The notes: generated by a model not told the origin, from the letters alone. A stretch of 64,000 nt of DNA from a virus (IMGVR_UViG_3300022906_000002:32681-96680), one strand, 5' to 3'. Counted from the first letter of the stretch, positions 49,686 to 61,487 are shown. Numbers and translations are program-made.

Positions 49686-50795
49686 ATGCCCAAGCGAATC
49701 GCCCTACTCTTCGCCGTACTCACCGCGATCGGATGCGCCACCGCCCGGGAGTCCGGGCCGATCGTCGCCGACACACTCTGCGGAATCGCCCGCGCTCAAA
49801 TGGAGCGATGCGACACCGGCCGCGACCTCGACCGCAACCGATGCCGGGCGGCGAGCGATGCCGTGATCGTCTGCTCGATTGGTAATCCGCCGTCTTCCGA
49901 GCGTAGCCTGTTCGCGTCGCCCCTTCGCCCTGGTGTCGGCCTGACGCCTCGGTCTCTGCAAACGTGCTGGCGCGAGACTGTAGGCGGACCGGCGAAGTTC
50001 GGAACCGGACGGCTTGACGTAGATCCTTGGACCGTCGCGGGCATGCCTGGCGGCGGACAAGGTGGTCTCCCGTGCCAGCGCGCAGAAGTCAACGAGGCAT
50101 ACCTGCTGGCCTTCGGGCAAAACTGCATCGGCCCCGGCGCGCCACTCGGCGGGTATTGCGGCGGCGTTTCCAATGAAATATTGCGCGGCGTCACGCCGAA
50201 GCTAAAGTGGGCGTGCGAGAACCGGCCGGACCTCCTGGGCAGTGAAGGGATGGCGACGTGGAATTGCGAACCGGGCGGCCTCGATCTTCTTCGGTTGGCC
50301 GCTCACGTTGGCGGTGTTCAAATGCTCGCGGCGATCGATCTGGCGATGGGAAACGGCCCGCCGCCGCCCGTCTGCGGCAATTTCATCAAAGAGTTCGGCG
50401 AGACCTGCGCCACGTGCCCCCGTGACGTCCCCGGATGCCCGTGGTGCGGTAACGGCCGGCCCGATGCCGGGGAGACCTGCGCCACCTGCCCGATCGACCT
50501 CGGCGCATGCCCGCCCGCGCCGGACGGCAAGGCGGACTGCTCGAAGCTCGTGCTGCCGTCGCCCGGCGCGCCTCAGAGGGTCGAGGTGCTGCCGAACGTT
50601 GCTTCGACGGGTGCTAACGAGCGAGGCGTCGTGACGGTCGAGTGCCGCGGTGCGACCACTCTGCCGACTACGCCCGTCTGCATTCCGGCCGCGCAGAAGG
50701 CTGCGGCTTGCGCTTGCGGCGGGTTAAGGGCTCCGCGCAAGGGTGCATGCTTGTCGCTGTGCGAATGGGCGAATACACTGCCGATCTGTCTTTGA
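49686..50795 (+). CDS. Cys-rich lipoprotein with two CGN-GETC repeats
   Basis: Lipobox TAIG-C; CGNFIKEFGETCATCPRDVPGC and CGNGRPDAGETCATCPIDLGAC; TAGAAT and GGAGGA upstream. Confidence 0.8.
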   Translation: MPKRIALLFAVLTAIGCATARESGPIVADTLCGIARAQMERCDTGRDLDRNRCRAASDAVIVCSIGNPPSSERSLFASPLRPGVGLTPRSLQTCWRETVGGPAKFGTGRLDVDPWTVAGMPGGGQGGLPCQRAEVNEAYLLAFGQNCIGPGAPLGGYCGGVSNEILRGVTPKLKWACENRPDLLGSEGMATWNCEPGGLDLLRLAAHVGGVQMLAAIDLAMGNGPPPPVCGNFIKEFGETCATCPRDVPGCPWCGNGRPDAGETCATCPIDLGACPPAPDGKADCSKLVLPSPGAPQRVEVLPNVASTGANERGVVTVECRGATTLPTTPVCIPAAQKAAACACGGLRAPRKGACLSLCEWANTLPICL

Positions 50796-50803
50796 TGGTA
50801 AGA

Positions 50804-50836
50804 GCCCGGCCCCCTGCGATATTCAGGGTGCCGGGC
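50804..50836. terminator. hairpin between convergent genes
   Basis: GCCCGGC-CCCCTG...CAGGG-T-GCCGGGC. Confidence 0.55.
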
Positions 50837-50879
50837 AGGTCTTGTGGGCCTCGGCGCACAAGACCCGGGTCACCTTTCG

Positions 50880-52739
50880 TCAGATCGGAACCGTCCCGCC
50901 GGGACCGCACAGGCAGCGAGTCGCATTGAAGCCGCACGTAATCTCGCTGACAGTACATGAGCACGTGTGACTCTCTACGCAGATCGTCACATCCGTGAGG
51001 CCGTCGCTGCGTGCGGCAGAAACCATCTCTAGTCCGCTAAGCGTCTCGCGGACTAGCCGAAGCTTTTTGACCACCCGTCGCTCGGCTATCAAGTTTTTGT
51101 GCATGCTCTAATACCTCCTTGGACTCTTTCCCGAGCAGAAATGCCCGGCCCAAGCCCGCCCACCCTCGCGAGCGGGCTCAGGTCGATCATCAAGCCCGCT
51201 TGAATACTCGCACATTCTCAGGCGTCGGCGCTGCGCAAGAATGAGCGCCGCGAGCCAACTTGCCGCATTCCGGGTTCTGGCACCTAGTCCATAAAGACGG
51301 CGGGTAGAGCGCAGCCGACGCACCGTCCACCCCCGATCGGTTCATGTGTGCCGATCGACTGCGAATGCGTCGGAACAGCAGATCCATGACCGGCCGGTCG
51401 TCCGCTTCGACGTGGAACGCCCATCGGCAGATCGCCAGCGCGCCGACGACTGCAAGAAATCCAATAGAAGCGCTAATCATGTTCCCTCCCTCAGGATATG
51501 CGAGACCGAAGCCTCAACCAGGCCCGCGTACTCCGGGCAATTCGTGGCAGCGGCAAAGGTTTCGAGCATGGCGGCGCGCTCATCGCCGGTCCGGTGCGCA
51601 TGCCGCGAGAGAACTGCGATCGCCGCGCCGTAGTCCCCGCTGTCCGGGTCCAAGTCTTCCTCTGCGTCGATCAAGTCCATCGCGAGCTTCAGTCCGTGCC
51701 GCTCGCCGGGCTCTTCTGTCACCAGGAAAAGGTGCTCGATCTTCTGGCGGGCGGAGTGAGGGCATGCGAGCGCCTGGATTCGCAAGTTGTGCGCCCGGCT
51801 CCAGGATTTCACAAGGAGCGCGACGAAGATGCTGGCAACGAGCCAAGGGATCATTGCGGCACCTCATCCATGGCCGCCAGCGCCCGCAGGACGGCCTCCG
51901 TAACGTCCGGGCCAAGGTTCACGCCTTGCAGTTTGAGCGCGGCATTAAAGCGGGCGGATGCGGATTCCGAGCTGCGGCTATGGGCAAGGCGCGCGCGGCT
52001 GGCACCGATCACGTCAAGAGCTTCAATCGCGTCCCATAGCCCGTTCACGGCTCCGGCACGGATGGCCCGCATTTCGTCAGACAGATCGGGTTCTTGCGTC
52101 CTCGCTTCGTGATCGGACTTGATCTTTTCCAGCCTGGAACGCAGCTCTGCCATGCCCCCGACTACCCGCAGCTCCGGAGCCTCGCCAGGGATCAGGCCCT
52201 CGCGCTCAAGGTCGTCGATGGCGTGCGCGAAGGCGGTGCGGATGTCGCCCCATGCTATCCGCCCCCACCTTGCATCCTCGGAAATATCGGAGGCGATCTG
52301 CTTTCCGTAATCGGCCGCACTCTTTTGGTCGTGCGGGTCGAAACGGGCGAGCGCGTCGTGAGCCCCGGGAGCGCTCACCCCGGCCTCCGCATTGCCGCCA
52401 ACGCCCGGGTCAATTCGAGGCTTTGGCGACGGAGCGCACCGGTCTTCATTCCAGCAGAAACCCAGACACTCTCGCCAGTTTCGTTAAGTACGGCGTTCGC
52501 TTTCGCCAGGAACTCCGCCGCCTCGCGCATCGCGTTTTCGATCGATCCCTTTGTCACTTCGCCCCTCCATTCCTTTGCCGGTCGGCGATTCGTCCAGCGG
52601 CGTCCCTGTTGAGCCTGTCCGTGCCTGCCGGGCAGCGGCAGTATTCCGGGTATATCGCCGGTCGTTCGCGCGAAACGATGCCTTCTCCTCCGCAGCCTTC
52701 GCCGGCATGGCACTGACGGTCAAGTTCGAAGCCGTTCAC
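50880..52739 (-). other. hypothetical genes (50880-51104, 51190-51480, 51477-51854, 51851-52378, 52375-52557, 52554-52739)
   Basis: Coupled overlaps; two have N-terminal TM segments. Confidence 0.55.
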
Positions 52740-53422
52740 TGCTTCGGCTCCAACGGCAACGCCAGCGTCAACTCAGACAGCTCGCGCTGAATCTCGGCGA
52801 GTCCGTAAGCCACTTGCCAAGGAAGCGACGCGCGCAGCTCTTCCCGCTGGCGGTCGAGCAGGGCCTTAAGCTCGGCGTGATCGATCCCGGCTTCGCGGAG
52901 CGTCGTGCCGCCGTTCAGTAGGTGCGTGAACTTCGGCATGAGCTTATCCACGGCGCGAACGAAGCGAACGGCGACGATCTTCTTCAGTCCGTATTCCGCA
53001 ATCATCTGCGCCGTCGTCGGCCATGGCCCTCCTTCCTTTGCCACCTCGTAGTCACGTATGCCGTCCTGTAGCCACCGCGCCCACGGCACGAACGGGATTC
53101 CGAGACGGCGCTTGATCTCTTCGAGCGCGGCGGTCTCTCGCTCCGCCTTCGCCGCTCGCTCCTGTGCCGAGATTCGGAGCGTAGGGGTGTCGCCGCAGAC
53201 GCATTCCGGCGCGTCGTGGACGAGGGCGGCCATTGCGACTTCGCCGCGGTCCAGCCACTCGGGCCATAGTCCGGCGAGCGAGCATGCCACCCATGCGAGG
53301 CCGACGGTGTGTGTCGCGACGGATTCGAGGTTTCCCAGTTCGTCGCGCGTGATCCGGTTTGTCCGGCCGAGCGCGAGACTCAGCCGAGCGAGTTCGAGCA
53401 GGGCTTCGGCGGTCGGGGTCAT
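52736..53422 (-). CDS. HD-domain hydrolase (YfbR-like 5'-deoxynucleotidase)
   Basis: R...ESVATHT, ALVHDAPECVCGDTPT, VRAVDKL. Confidence 0.88.
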   Translation of the reverse strand: MTPTAEALLELARLSLALGRTNRITRDELGNLESVATHTVGLAWVACSLAGLWPEWLDRGEVAMAALVHDAPECVCGDTPTLRISAQERAAKAERETAALEEIKRRLGIPFVPWARWLQDGIRDYEVAKEGGPWPTTAQMIAEYGLKKIVAVRFVRAVDKLMPKFTHLLNGGTTLREAGIDHAELKALLDRQREELRASLPWQVAYGLAEIQRELSELTLALPLEPKQ

Positions 53423-54030
53423 GACTTCGGCTCCGATTGCGAAATCCTTCGCGACACCCAGAAGGTCGCGAACGCCTGGAAGAGCGACCTTTCCACGGCA
53501 GAACCGATCGACTGCCCGGGAAGCAGCGCAAATAGAACGTTGGCGGCCGTGAACGCGATGGTCACGGACCACATGCAATCCTTGATTCGGTCGCTCATGC
53601 CGCCTCCGCGACATCTACTGCGAACCCCATCGCCCGAATCTCCTCGGCGCGCTTCGGGTCCCGACATATGATTTCGTAGACCGGACGCTCGGCTCGGCAC
53701 TTGGCCTGCCGCACGAGGATTCTGGCCAGCTCGCGGGCGGCCATCGCTCGGCGCCTCATGATGATTCGCCCTGGCCGCTCGCCTTGATTTTCGCCAGATC
53801 GATCGACTCGCGGGTCGCTTCGGCAAGGCGGGCGGTACGATCGGCTTCGTGGTCGCTCGCGATGATCTGAATGTCCTTCCATGATCCGCGCAGAAAACTT
53901 GCAATGCTCAGCGCATTCTCGCGGTGCGAAAACGGCCTGCCGACTTCGCGATCGAATAGCGTTACGCGCCAGAATTCCTCACCCGGTAAGCGGACGACGC
54001 GCACTGCATCGGATGCCGCTCTCAGCTCTC

Positions 54031-54597
54031 TCATTTCGCCTCCCTGAACCGCGCGAACGGCCGGGCCATCGCGCACCATTCCTCGGCGAGTCCGCGCTCT
54101 TCGAGGGCTTCGATCGCTTCGCCGAGCAGCTCGGCCGTTCGCGCGTTGTGCTCGGCGGCCGCCCGCATCTCCGCACCTTCGCGCTCATCAAGTTCCTGTC
54201 GCGCGAGATCCGCGACAATGTTCGAATCGAGTCCGTCTTCGTCCTCGAACAAAATCAACTTCCGAACCGCTCCGTCGTGACCGCTGAACCCGTACCGCCG
54301 GAGGTATTCAGCGGCCGGATTGTCGAGACGCTGGACGATCTCATCATCTGGTACCCGATAGCCCTGCGCAACAAGAGTCTTCCGATCTTCGAATCGCCCT
54401 ATGCACTCCAGCGTTTCGTCGTTACCCTGCCCGTCGCATTGAGTGCAGCCGCCCGGGATCTCGCGCGCTCCGCCGTGGCAATTCTCGCAGGGCTCCACCG
54501 TGAGGCGCGGATCAATGCCGCACGAACAGAGCGTCGTTCCGATTGGTTGCGGCACGCCGCACGAGCCACACGACAGCGCAGTCGTCGCGACAATCAT
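54031..54597 (-). CDS. Zn-finger protein (CxxCxGxG)
   Basis: CGSCG...CSCG...CENCHGG...CTQCDGQG. Confidence 0.6.
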   Translation of the reverse strand: MIVATTALSCGSCGVPQPIGTTLCSCGIDPRLTVEPCENCHGGAREIPGGCTQCDGQGNDETLECIGRFEDRKTLVAQGYRVPDDEIVQRLDNPAAEYLRRYGFSGHDGAVRKLILFEDEDGLDSNIVADLARQELDEREGAEMRAAAEHNARTAELLGEAIEALEERGLAEEWCAMARPFARFREAK

Positions 54598-55406
54598 CGC
54601 ATGCCATCCGCAGCATCAGCGACCCACCGGAGGCCGGCCATGAGCCTGCAAACCGTGGAAGAGTCGACTCCGAAGATGGCGCCAGCCCTTGCCTGGGTGA
54701 TGTCGCCGCGGCGCAAGAGTCGCCGAATTTCGTCGGCCTTAGCAATGCTCAGCTTGGCGCTGCCAGCCCGCTCGCCGCTAGCCTTGATTCGAATAGGATC
54801 TATCACGCCCGCGGTGCTCTGCCTGGATCGGCCGCGACAAATCCCGCAGACGGTCGTGGCGGTTATTCCAAACATGGCGCCGATACTCGCCAACTTCGCT
54901 CCAGATCGTCGGAGCGCGACGACCTGGAGCGCCTGATCGTTAGTGATCTTTGATGCCGGGCTTCGCTCCCCGCGGCGCACTGTTCCGTGGCGCTTAGCAT
55001 CGCCCATGTTCTCCGCGCGCGTTCCCCACCGTAGGTTGCTTAGGCGGTTGTTGGATGGCGCGCCGTCACCGTGGAGTGCTTCTTGACCAATTCCCGGGGC
55101 GCCGCAGAAAGAGAACAGCACGACCCTGTGAAGAAACTCCTCGGCTCGCCCACTGGGACCGCACAGGACTACCAGCGTGTAGCCATCTCGGTCTTTGTAC
55201 CCCAATCCTTCGCGACCCTTTAATTGACGCCCGAGGCGGTCTACGCGGTCAAGGCTCCCAAGTGCACCGAGCGAACTTACTTCGTAAATCCCTTCGTACC
55301 CTGGTACCGCGCGCCACTCTTCGGCCTCGATCGCGCCTTCGGTCTCGGCCAGCTTCCGGGATGAACGTCCGCCTCCTGTGGGGCAATTAGGCTTCATCCT
55401 GGGCAC
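54594..55406 (-). CDS. NUMOD4 - HNH homing endonuclease with tandem HTH tails
   Basis: EEWRAVPGYEGIYEVSSLG; LHRVV...HGDGAPSNNRLSNLRWGTRAEN; two GER..SK/AKL repeats. Confidence 0.92.
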   Translation of the reverse strand: MPRMKPNCPTGGGRSSRKLAETEGAIEAEEWRAVPGYEGIYEVSSLGALGSLDRVDRLGRQLKGREGLGYKDRDGYTLVVLCGPSGRAEEFLHRVVLFSFCGAPGIGQEALHGDGAPSNNRLSNLRWGTRAENMGDAKRHGTVRRGERSPASKITNDQALQVVALRRSGAKLASIGAMFGITATTVCGICRGRSRQSTAGVIDPIRIKASGERAGSAKLSIAKADEIRRLLRRGDITQARAGAIFGVDSSTVCRLMAGLRWVADAADGMR

Positions 55407-57160
55407 TCCCCGGCCTGCCGAGCTGATTCCTCTCGGCGGTCATCGTCTTCGTCGAATTCGTTTAGGTCGGCGACGGTCGGCTCTTCGTATCCGTCCGTGA
55501 GTTGATCCGCCAATTGCCGAAGCCGGGCGCGGCCGTCGAATCGATCCCATGCAACGCCCGTCACCGCCAGCGGCGATGCAACGAACCATCTCGGCGGCAT
55601 GTAATACGACGACGGCAGAGCGCCCAAGCGACCGAGCCCGGCATCCTTCGCGGCGAAGCCGATGGCGGCGACATCGGCCCATGTCGGCATCGTCCACGCC
55701 CGGGAAGCGCTCGGCGGAAGCTCCCGCTCAGCGACGATCATCCCGACCATCGGGCCAGGATCGACCGGCGGACGGCATCCGCTCGGCTCGCCGATGCGCC
55801 CGAACGGCAACGACTCCGGTACCGGATCGACCCGGAAGCGGAAGCGCCGATTGCCGTCCGTGGTGGTCAGCGTGAGGGCGTAGGGCCATGCGGTCGCGTC
55901 GGTCTCGGGGGTCATCTATTGCCCATCTTCCGGCGCCGCGAGATCGGCCACCGCTTCGGCCTCTTCGATCGTCAAGCCTTTCGCCCGGGCCGCGTGATAT
56001 TCCACGCTCCACTCGGACTCGCCGAGGTATTGCAGAAGTCCGAGCCTGAATTCCTCTTCGGATTCGCCCCATTCCTGCATGTTTGCGCGGATGTCGCGGA
56101 CCTCGCGGAGCAAGCGGCTTACCCATCTGCGCAGGTGGGCCTTCGCCTTCGATGGATTCCATTCGGGCTCGGTCGGCGTTGACGTGTTCTCGGTGCTCAT
56201 GAATTCCTCCGAATGCGCTCGACTTCTTCGCCGAGCTTCAACAGAAATGATCCAAGTCCGCGAAGAGATTCGCGACTGACGCCGCTCCGAAATCCGTACG
56301 CCACGATCTCCGCGCTTTCTCGACCGCGGCCTTCCGGAATCCCGGGACCTGATTCGAAAGTCTTTCCGTGGGCGATCAGGGCTTTGCAGATCGTGATATT
56401 TGCGTTCGCCGCACTTTCTTCCGTGTAGCACTCGGCGATAATTTCGTCGTCGGTCGGCCTAGTCTCGGTACTCATGAATTCCACCATATTTCCTGGGCCT
56501 TATCGTTGAGACCGGTTGCGAGTATCTCGGATCTCTTCGGCGCCGAGTCGATACTTTAGGCGCGACAGGACATAGTGGGCGTCGGCCTCTTTGTCGCGGT
56601 CGCCGTGGACGGCATCATCCGCGTAGCGCGCCAAGGCGACGGCGAGCGCTTCGTTCGGCTCTCTCTCGATCGCCATGGCTACCAATTCCCCTGAAACCAA
56701 CCGGTTGCCCGGTAAGTGAAATTGCCGGCGCCGTCCGTACCCGTGCCAGTTCCGCGCGGGAAGTTCTTCGCGGCCCACGCGGCAAACCCTCCCTCCTGCG
56801 CATCCCAGAGCGTGGTCCATCCGCGAGCCCAGTCCGCCGCCGCCTCGGTTCCGGCGGGGTGCGGGTTCAGTGAACCGCCCTGTTCGCGCAATCCGCCGCG
56901 GGCGTAGATCTCTCGCGCCGATTCGTTGCCGTCGTTGAAATGGCCGATGGATTCCTTGTTCACGGCTTGCCCCCCAGATCAACGTTCTCCCATGTGGCGA
57001 TCGAGCGGTCGAGTATTCCTAGGACGTGCGCCATGGGATCCGCTTGCCAGCCTGCATTCTCTTCCGAGCCCTCGATCCGCCCGATCAGCGCGCTCAAGAT
57101 CAGGCTCCGCTGCCGGTCGGTCATTCCCTTCGTTCGGTCTCGCGCCTCTTGGATTGTCAT
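55394..57160 (-). other. hypothetical genes (55394-55915, 55916-56200, 56197-56475, 56500-56676, 56679-56963, 56960-57160)
   Basis: Co-oriented and coupled, downstream of the promoter at 57183-57212. Confidence 0.6.
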
Positions 57161-57182
57161 TCGATTTCCCTCCAGTGAGGCG

Positions 57183-57276
57183 ATGATGGCATAACCCGAG
57201 AGAGTGCGTCAAGCCCCTGTCCGTGCCACGTCGCGATTCTTTGCGGTTGACGCGAGACGCCGCCTTGTGGCATGAT
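57183..57276. promoter_or_regulatory. back-to-back promoters
   Basis: (-) TTGACG-18-CATCAT and (+) TTGACG-18-CATGAT, both with extended TG. Confidence 0.65.
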
Positions 57277-57322
57277 GATTCCGGCGCTCGATTGGCGGGC
57301 GGCGGATGGACGGGAGGACGGA

Positions 57323-57508
57323 ATGGCGGAACAGAAAGAGGCCACGAAGTACCAGCCGAAGCGAATTTTGATCACGGTTTCGGAGCCGCTTTGGTCGGCC
57401 CTAATGGAGTTTTCCGAGAACTACCAGAACTACACCGAGGCAGCCCGCGCCCTGATCGCGGAAGGGCTGCGCGAGCGCGGATTCCCGCGAGCGAAAGCGG
57501 CCCCGTAG
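57323..57508 (+). CDS. RHH-like regulator
   Basis: RILITVSEPLWSALMEFSENYQNYTEAARALIAEGL; GGAGG RBS. Confidence 0.65.
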   Translation: MAEQKEATKYQPKRILITVSEPLWSALMEFSENYQNYTEAARALIAEGLRERGFPRAKAAP

Positions 57509-57510
57509 CC

Positions 57511-58730
57511 ATGGGCGCCGACAACTGGACCACCTGCCCGCGATGCTTCAATGCCGCCGCCGTGGCGACCGCCGACGCGATCAAGCGGCGAGACGAGGCG
57601 ATCGGCAATGTCTCGGCGAACGAATTCCTCGCCCTTGATCTTGCGGCACAAAAGCCGGTCGATCCAGGCCGCACTCTTGCCGAGAACTACGAAATCAACA
57701 TGAACGAACATGGATCGTTCCGCGTGGACTACTCCGCGCACTGTTCGAAAAAGGGCTGCGGCTTCACCTACAAGTTCGAGCACGAGACCGACCCGGGAGA
57801 TGCGACGTGAGCACGGAACTCGAATACATGAAGGAAAGGGCGACGCTTGCGGCAGTGGCGCTCGCGGACGCGCAAGGTGAGGCGCAAAGAACCGCCGACG
57901 CATACGTTCAGGCGCGCGAATGCACCAAGGTCGGCGACGAAGTGGAGATTCTGAGAGGGCGGCGGCGGTACGTAGTGACCGATATAAAGGCGCCGGCCGA
58001 TGGGTACCAGCTCTCTTGCGGCAAGGAGCCTGCCGCTTACTTCGTCGGCCAAAGAATCCTCAAGAACGGAACTCTTGGCGAGCGCTCTGAGCTTTGGCGC
58101 CTCGCTTACCCGGGCGACTTCCGCATTGTCGGTCGCTACGGCGCATCGGATTCGAAGTCGTGAGCGCCGACGAAGCCTACTCCGCCGAGGAGCTTGACGA
58201 GTGGTACGAATCCACGGTTGGGCCGCTACTTCTCACGCTCGGACGAGAGTGCAAAGAGCGCGGCGTTCCGTTCCTTGCGGCGGTCGGGTCCGGCGAGGGT
58301 TGGGGCGTGACGGCCTGGACTCCGCCGAATTGCGGGCTGGCATTCGAGGCACTCCGCCTGCTCGCGACGAAGTGCGTCACCGACGATGGAGGGTTCAACG
58401 TTGACGCTTTCGTCTTCGCTCTCATGAAGCGGGCGAGACGTGACGGTCATTCTTCGCTGATCTTGGATCGCCTCGGCGTCCCGACGAACCCGGAGCACGA
58501 AAACCATGCGTAAATTCCGAATCTGGTCGCGGATTCGCTATGCGGGATTTGGCGAGAATTCCGAGGTCGTCACGTTCGAGGATTTCGACGGCGACACTCC
58601 GGAAGGCCAAGTCGAGCGCGAAGTCATGGATTGCCTCGCGGATCACGTGGCGCAGTACATCGAAAGCGGTTACGAAGAGATAGTGGACGATGCCGGCGAC
58701 GGCGCGGAGGGGATATATGGGCGACCTTGA
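57511..58730 (+). other. hypothetical genes (57511-57810, 57807-58163, 58160-58513, 58506-58730)
   Basis: Coupled overlaps; 57511 begins MGADNWTTCPRC. Confidence 0.6.
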
Positions 58731-60237
58731 TTATCGATTCGAGTCAGAAGCGGGCGGCAAGTGTCGGGTGCTCTACAGCAACGGCTATGGGCCGGACGTA
58801 CTCCGAGAACTCGCCCGCCTCGCGACCGAGAGCAGTGAGCGCAAGGCCGACAAGGCCCAGGCGGGTGGCTCGCGGATCTTCTCGCACGAAGGGCAAGCAT
58901 GGCGGATCTTCGCCGCTCCCGGTAAATGTCCACTCTTGTTCGAGATGACCGGCGCGGGAGATGTCGCGGTCAAGCTTTCTGACCGGCGGGCGCCGCACGA
59001 GATTATTCTGTGCCGCGAATTCGCCGCCCTCGGTCGCGAGCAGGGGTTCGCTCAGAAAATCGATGCGCTTGAATCGGCGACTCGCGAGCGAATAGCAACA
59101 CTTCAGCGAGAGTGCGATACGTGGCGGGACGGTTGCGCCGTTGATCAGCGCGACCTCGTTGCCGCCCGCGAGCGCATCGCCGAGCTTGAGGCGAGCCTTG
59201 ATCGGGCTCCTGAATCCCTCCCTTTTATCGATCCAAGCGGATTCCACCAAACCTTTTTCGAGAACAGCGGGATTCGCTGGAAGATCGAAATCGAAGCCGA
59301 TCCCGACTGCCCACCGACGTTGCATCGATCCCTCGGCGGCGGTCACTGGCAAATGGAGGATATGGATTCGCCGGAGGCCCCGGCGACTGCGCAACTCGCC
59401 AAGCTCCTTGTCGCGCTCGGTCGGGATCAGGGGCGCGCGGAATCCGCCGCTCGCATCGCCGAACTTGAGACGCAGCTCGCGGCCGAGAAGGATCGGGCCG
59501 AGAAAGCAGGGCTTGCGGCCTCGGAATGGCAAGGGGTCGCCACGCGCAATGCCGAGTCCTGGCACATCGCGCAAGCCGATGCCGTAACAGCCCAGCGCGG
59601 CATGAACGAACAGAAGGCGCGAGCCGATGGCCTGGTGAAGATCGGCGTCGCGACATCCGAGGCGATGCATGAAGAGTGGCTCCGGGCCGAGGCGGCAGAG
59701 AAGCGCCTTGCCGATCTGGAATCAACCCTCGCCGATCGCATGGAAAACTTCGCGGCCGGCTGCGCTGCGGGAGCTGCCGCCGTCACGAAGGCGATCATGG
59801 GGGCCGAGGACGCGAAGGGTGACCCGCGGCGCATGGTCTCGTTCGAGAGCAACGAGGCGGGGCAATGGGCGCTCGCGGCGGACGGCACGGCGTGGTTTCG
59901 ACCCTGCCGCAACGAAGGCCCGCGCTTCGACGGCGATCCGGAGCCGGTTCCGGGATGGACGCAGATCCCGCCCATCCCGCCGATCGAGTCCGAGCCCGAG
60001 ATCGAGGCGAACCGGCCGGAGCCGGAAGCTTTCGCGGCGCGCATTCCCGCCTCAGTGCTCAGTCAGGAGCTTGGCGCGGCGCTCCGCAACGCGGTTCGTA
60101 ATCATGACGTCAGAATTCCCGCGCTACACGGCGAGACTTGCTCTCGGTGCGGATTTTGGGCGGCGACGGAAGGAATGCCAGAAATGCCCGTTTGCGCGAA
60201 ATGCCGTAGCGATATCGAAGAGAGGTGCGCGCCATGA
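58717..60237 (+). CDS. mosaic coiled-coil protein (Ead-like)
   Basis: Repeated ARERIAELE / AARIAELE segments; C-terminal CxxC pair. Confidence 0.65.
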   Translation: MGDLDYRFESEAGGKCRVLYSNGYGPDVLRELARLATESSERKADKAQAGGSRIFSHEGQAWRIFAAPGKCPLLFEMTGAGDVAVKLSDRRAPHEIILCREFAALGREQGFAQKIDALESATRERIATLQRECDTWRDGCAVDQRDLVAARERIAELEASLDRAPESLPFIDPSGFHQTFFENSGIRWKIEIEADPDCPPTLHRSLGGGHWQMEDMDSPEAPATAQLAKLLVALGRDQGRAESAARIAELETQLAAEKDRAEKAGLAASEWQGVATRNAESWHIAQADAVTAQRGMNEQKARADGLVKIGVATSEAMHEEWLRAEAAEKRLADLESTLADRMENFAAGCAAGAAAVTKAIMGAEDAKGDPRRMVSFESNEAGQWALAADGTAWFRPCRNEGPRFDGDPEPVPGWTQIPPIPPIESEPEIEANRPEPEAFAARIPASVLSQELGAALRNAVRNHDVRIPALHGETCSRCGFWAATEGMPEMPVCAKCRSDIEERCAP

Positions 60238-60497
60238 TCGACGCATCACTAGAGGCCCTCGCCGCCTCAGTCTTCGCCGCCCTGTACGCCGAGCGACGAT
60301 CGGAAGGTGCCGGACGCCTGGCGATCGAGGCCGCAGAGACTGCCGTCGTCATTCGCCGCCACTTGAATACGCTCACTCGGCCGCCGGACGTTCATCCGGT
60401 TGCGCCGACGAAATTTTGAAGTAGCACAAAGGCAGCACACAAACCCGGGCGCCCTCAGATCAAACGGAGCGGAATGCCCAAAAAGGAGAAGCAACCC

Positions 60498-61484
60498 ATG
60501 GCAGGAAAAACGTACGGCAAAGCGAAACCGGAACAAGGATTCCTGAAGCTCGCACTCTACGGCAAGGCCGGGAGCGGAAAGACACTTACATCCCTCTTGA
60601 TCGGCGAGGGCTGCGCAGCGGCGATGAAGAAGCGCATGCTCGTGATCGACACCGAGCGCGGGACCGACTTCTACCTACGGTCGATTCAGGAGCGGGCCGT
60701 CCACCCGGGCGCTTTCGACTTCGACCGCGTTGTTTCGCGCTCGATCCACGAGGCGCTCGAAGTCGCGACCGAAGCGGATATGGACGCCTACGGCGTGATT
60801 GTGCTCGACTCCATCACCCACCTATGGGAAGCGGCGATGAACGCCTACCAGGGCAAGCGGACTTCGAAGGGCGGCATCCCGATTACGGCATGGGGAGAGA
60901 TCAAGCGCCCATACAAGCGGCTCATGGCTCGCCTGCTCGACATGCCCGCGCACGTAATCATCTGCGGGCGCGAGGGCGTGATCATCGAAGAGGACGACGA
61001 CGGGCAGACTCAGGTCGTCGGGACCAAGATGAAGGCCGAGGGCGAGACGCCGCACGAGCCACACGTGCTCGGCCGGATGCGCCCTCCGCATCTGGACGAA
61101 AACGAACAGCTCGTGATCGAGCTGTACATCGAAAAGGACCGCTCCGGAATCCTACAGGGCAAGGTGTACCGTAACCCGAGCTTCAAGCTTTTCCAGCCGC
61201 TCCTCTCGCACCTGACCGGCGGCGACCATGTTCCCATGGGCGACCCGGACAGCGCCGCGGAGCATGATGCCGAGGCCGCGCTCAAGGAAAAGGAAGTCGC
61301 CGCGGCGGAGCGCGACACACTCGGCGCGCAGATCCGCACCGCAATCCAGGGGGCGGCAGACCTCGCCGCGCTCAAGGCGGCGTGGAGCCTCACGAGCGGC
61401 AAGAAAACGAAGCTCGGCGAGGATCTCTACACCGAACTGGAAACTCTCAAGGACGCCCGCAAGGCCGCGCTGGTGGGGGTGTAA
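60498..61484 (+). CDS. Sak4-like AAA ATPase / recombinase
   Basis: LYGKAGSGKT, VIDTERG, IVLDSITHLW, EKDRSG. Confidence 0.88.
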   Translation: MAGKTYGKAKPEQGFLKLALYGKAGSGKTLTSLLIGEGCAAAMKKRMLVIDTERGTDFYLRSIQERAVHPGAFDFDRVVSRSIHEALEVATEADMDAYGVIVLDSITHLWEAAMNAYQGKRTSKGGIPITAWGEIKRPYKRLMARLLDMPAHVIICGREGVIIEEDDDGQTQVVGTKMKAEGETPHEPHVLGRMRPPHLDENEQLVIELYIEKDRSGILQGKVYRNPSFKLFQPLLSHLTGGDHVPMGDPDSAAEHDAEAALKEKEVAAAERDTLGAQIRTAIQGAADLAALKAAWSLTSGKKTKLGEDLYTELETLKDARKAALVGV

Positions 61485-61487
61485 GCG

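Noticed and set aside
52736-53422. Z-genome DatZ dATPase
   Set aside because: No purZ or mazZ in the window; generic YfbR-like HD protein
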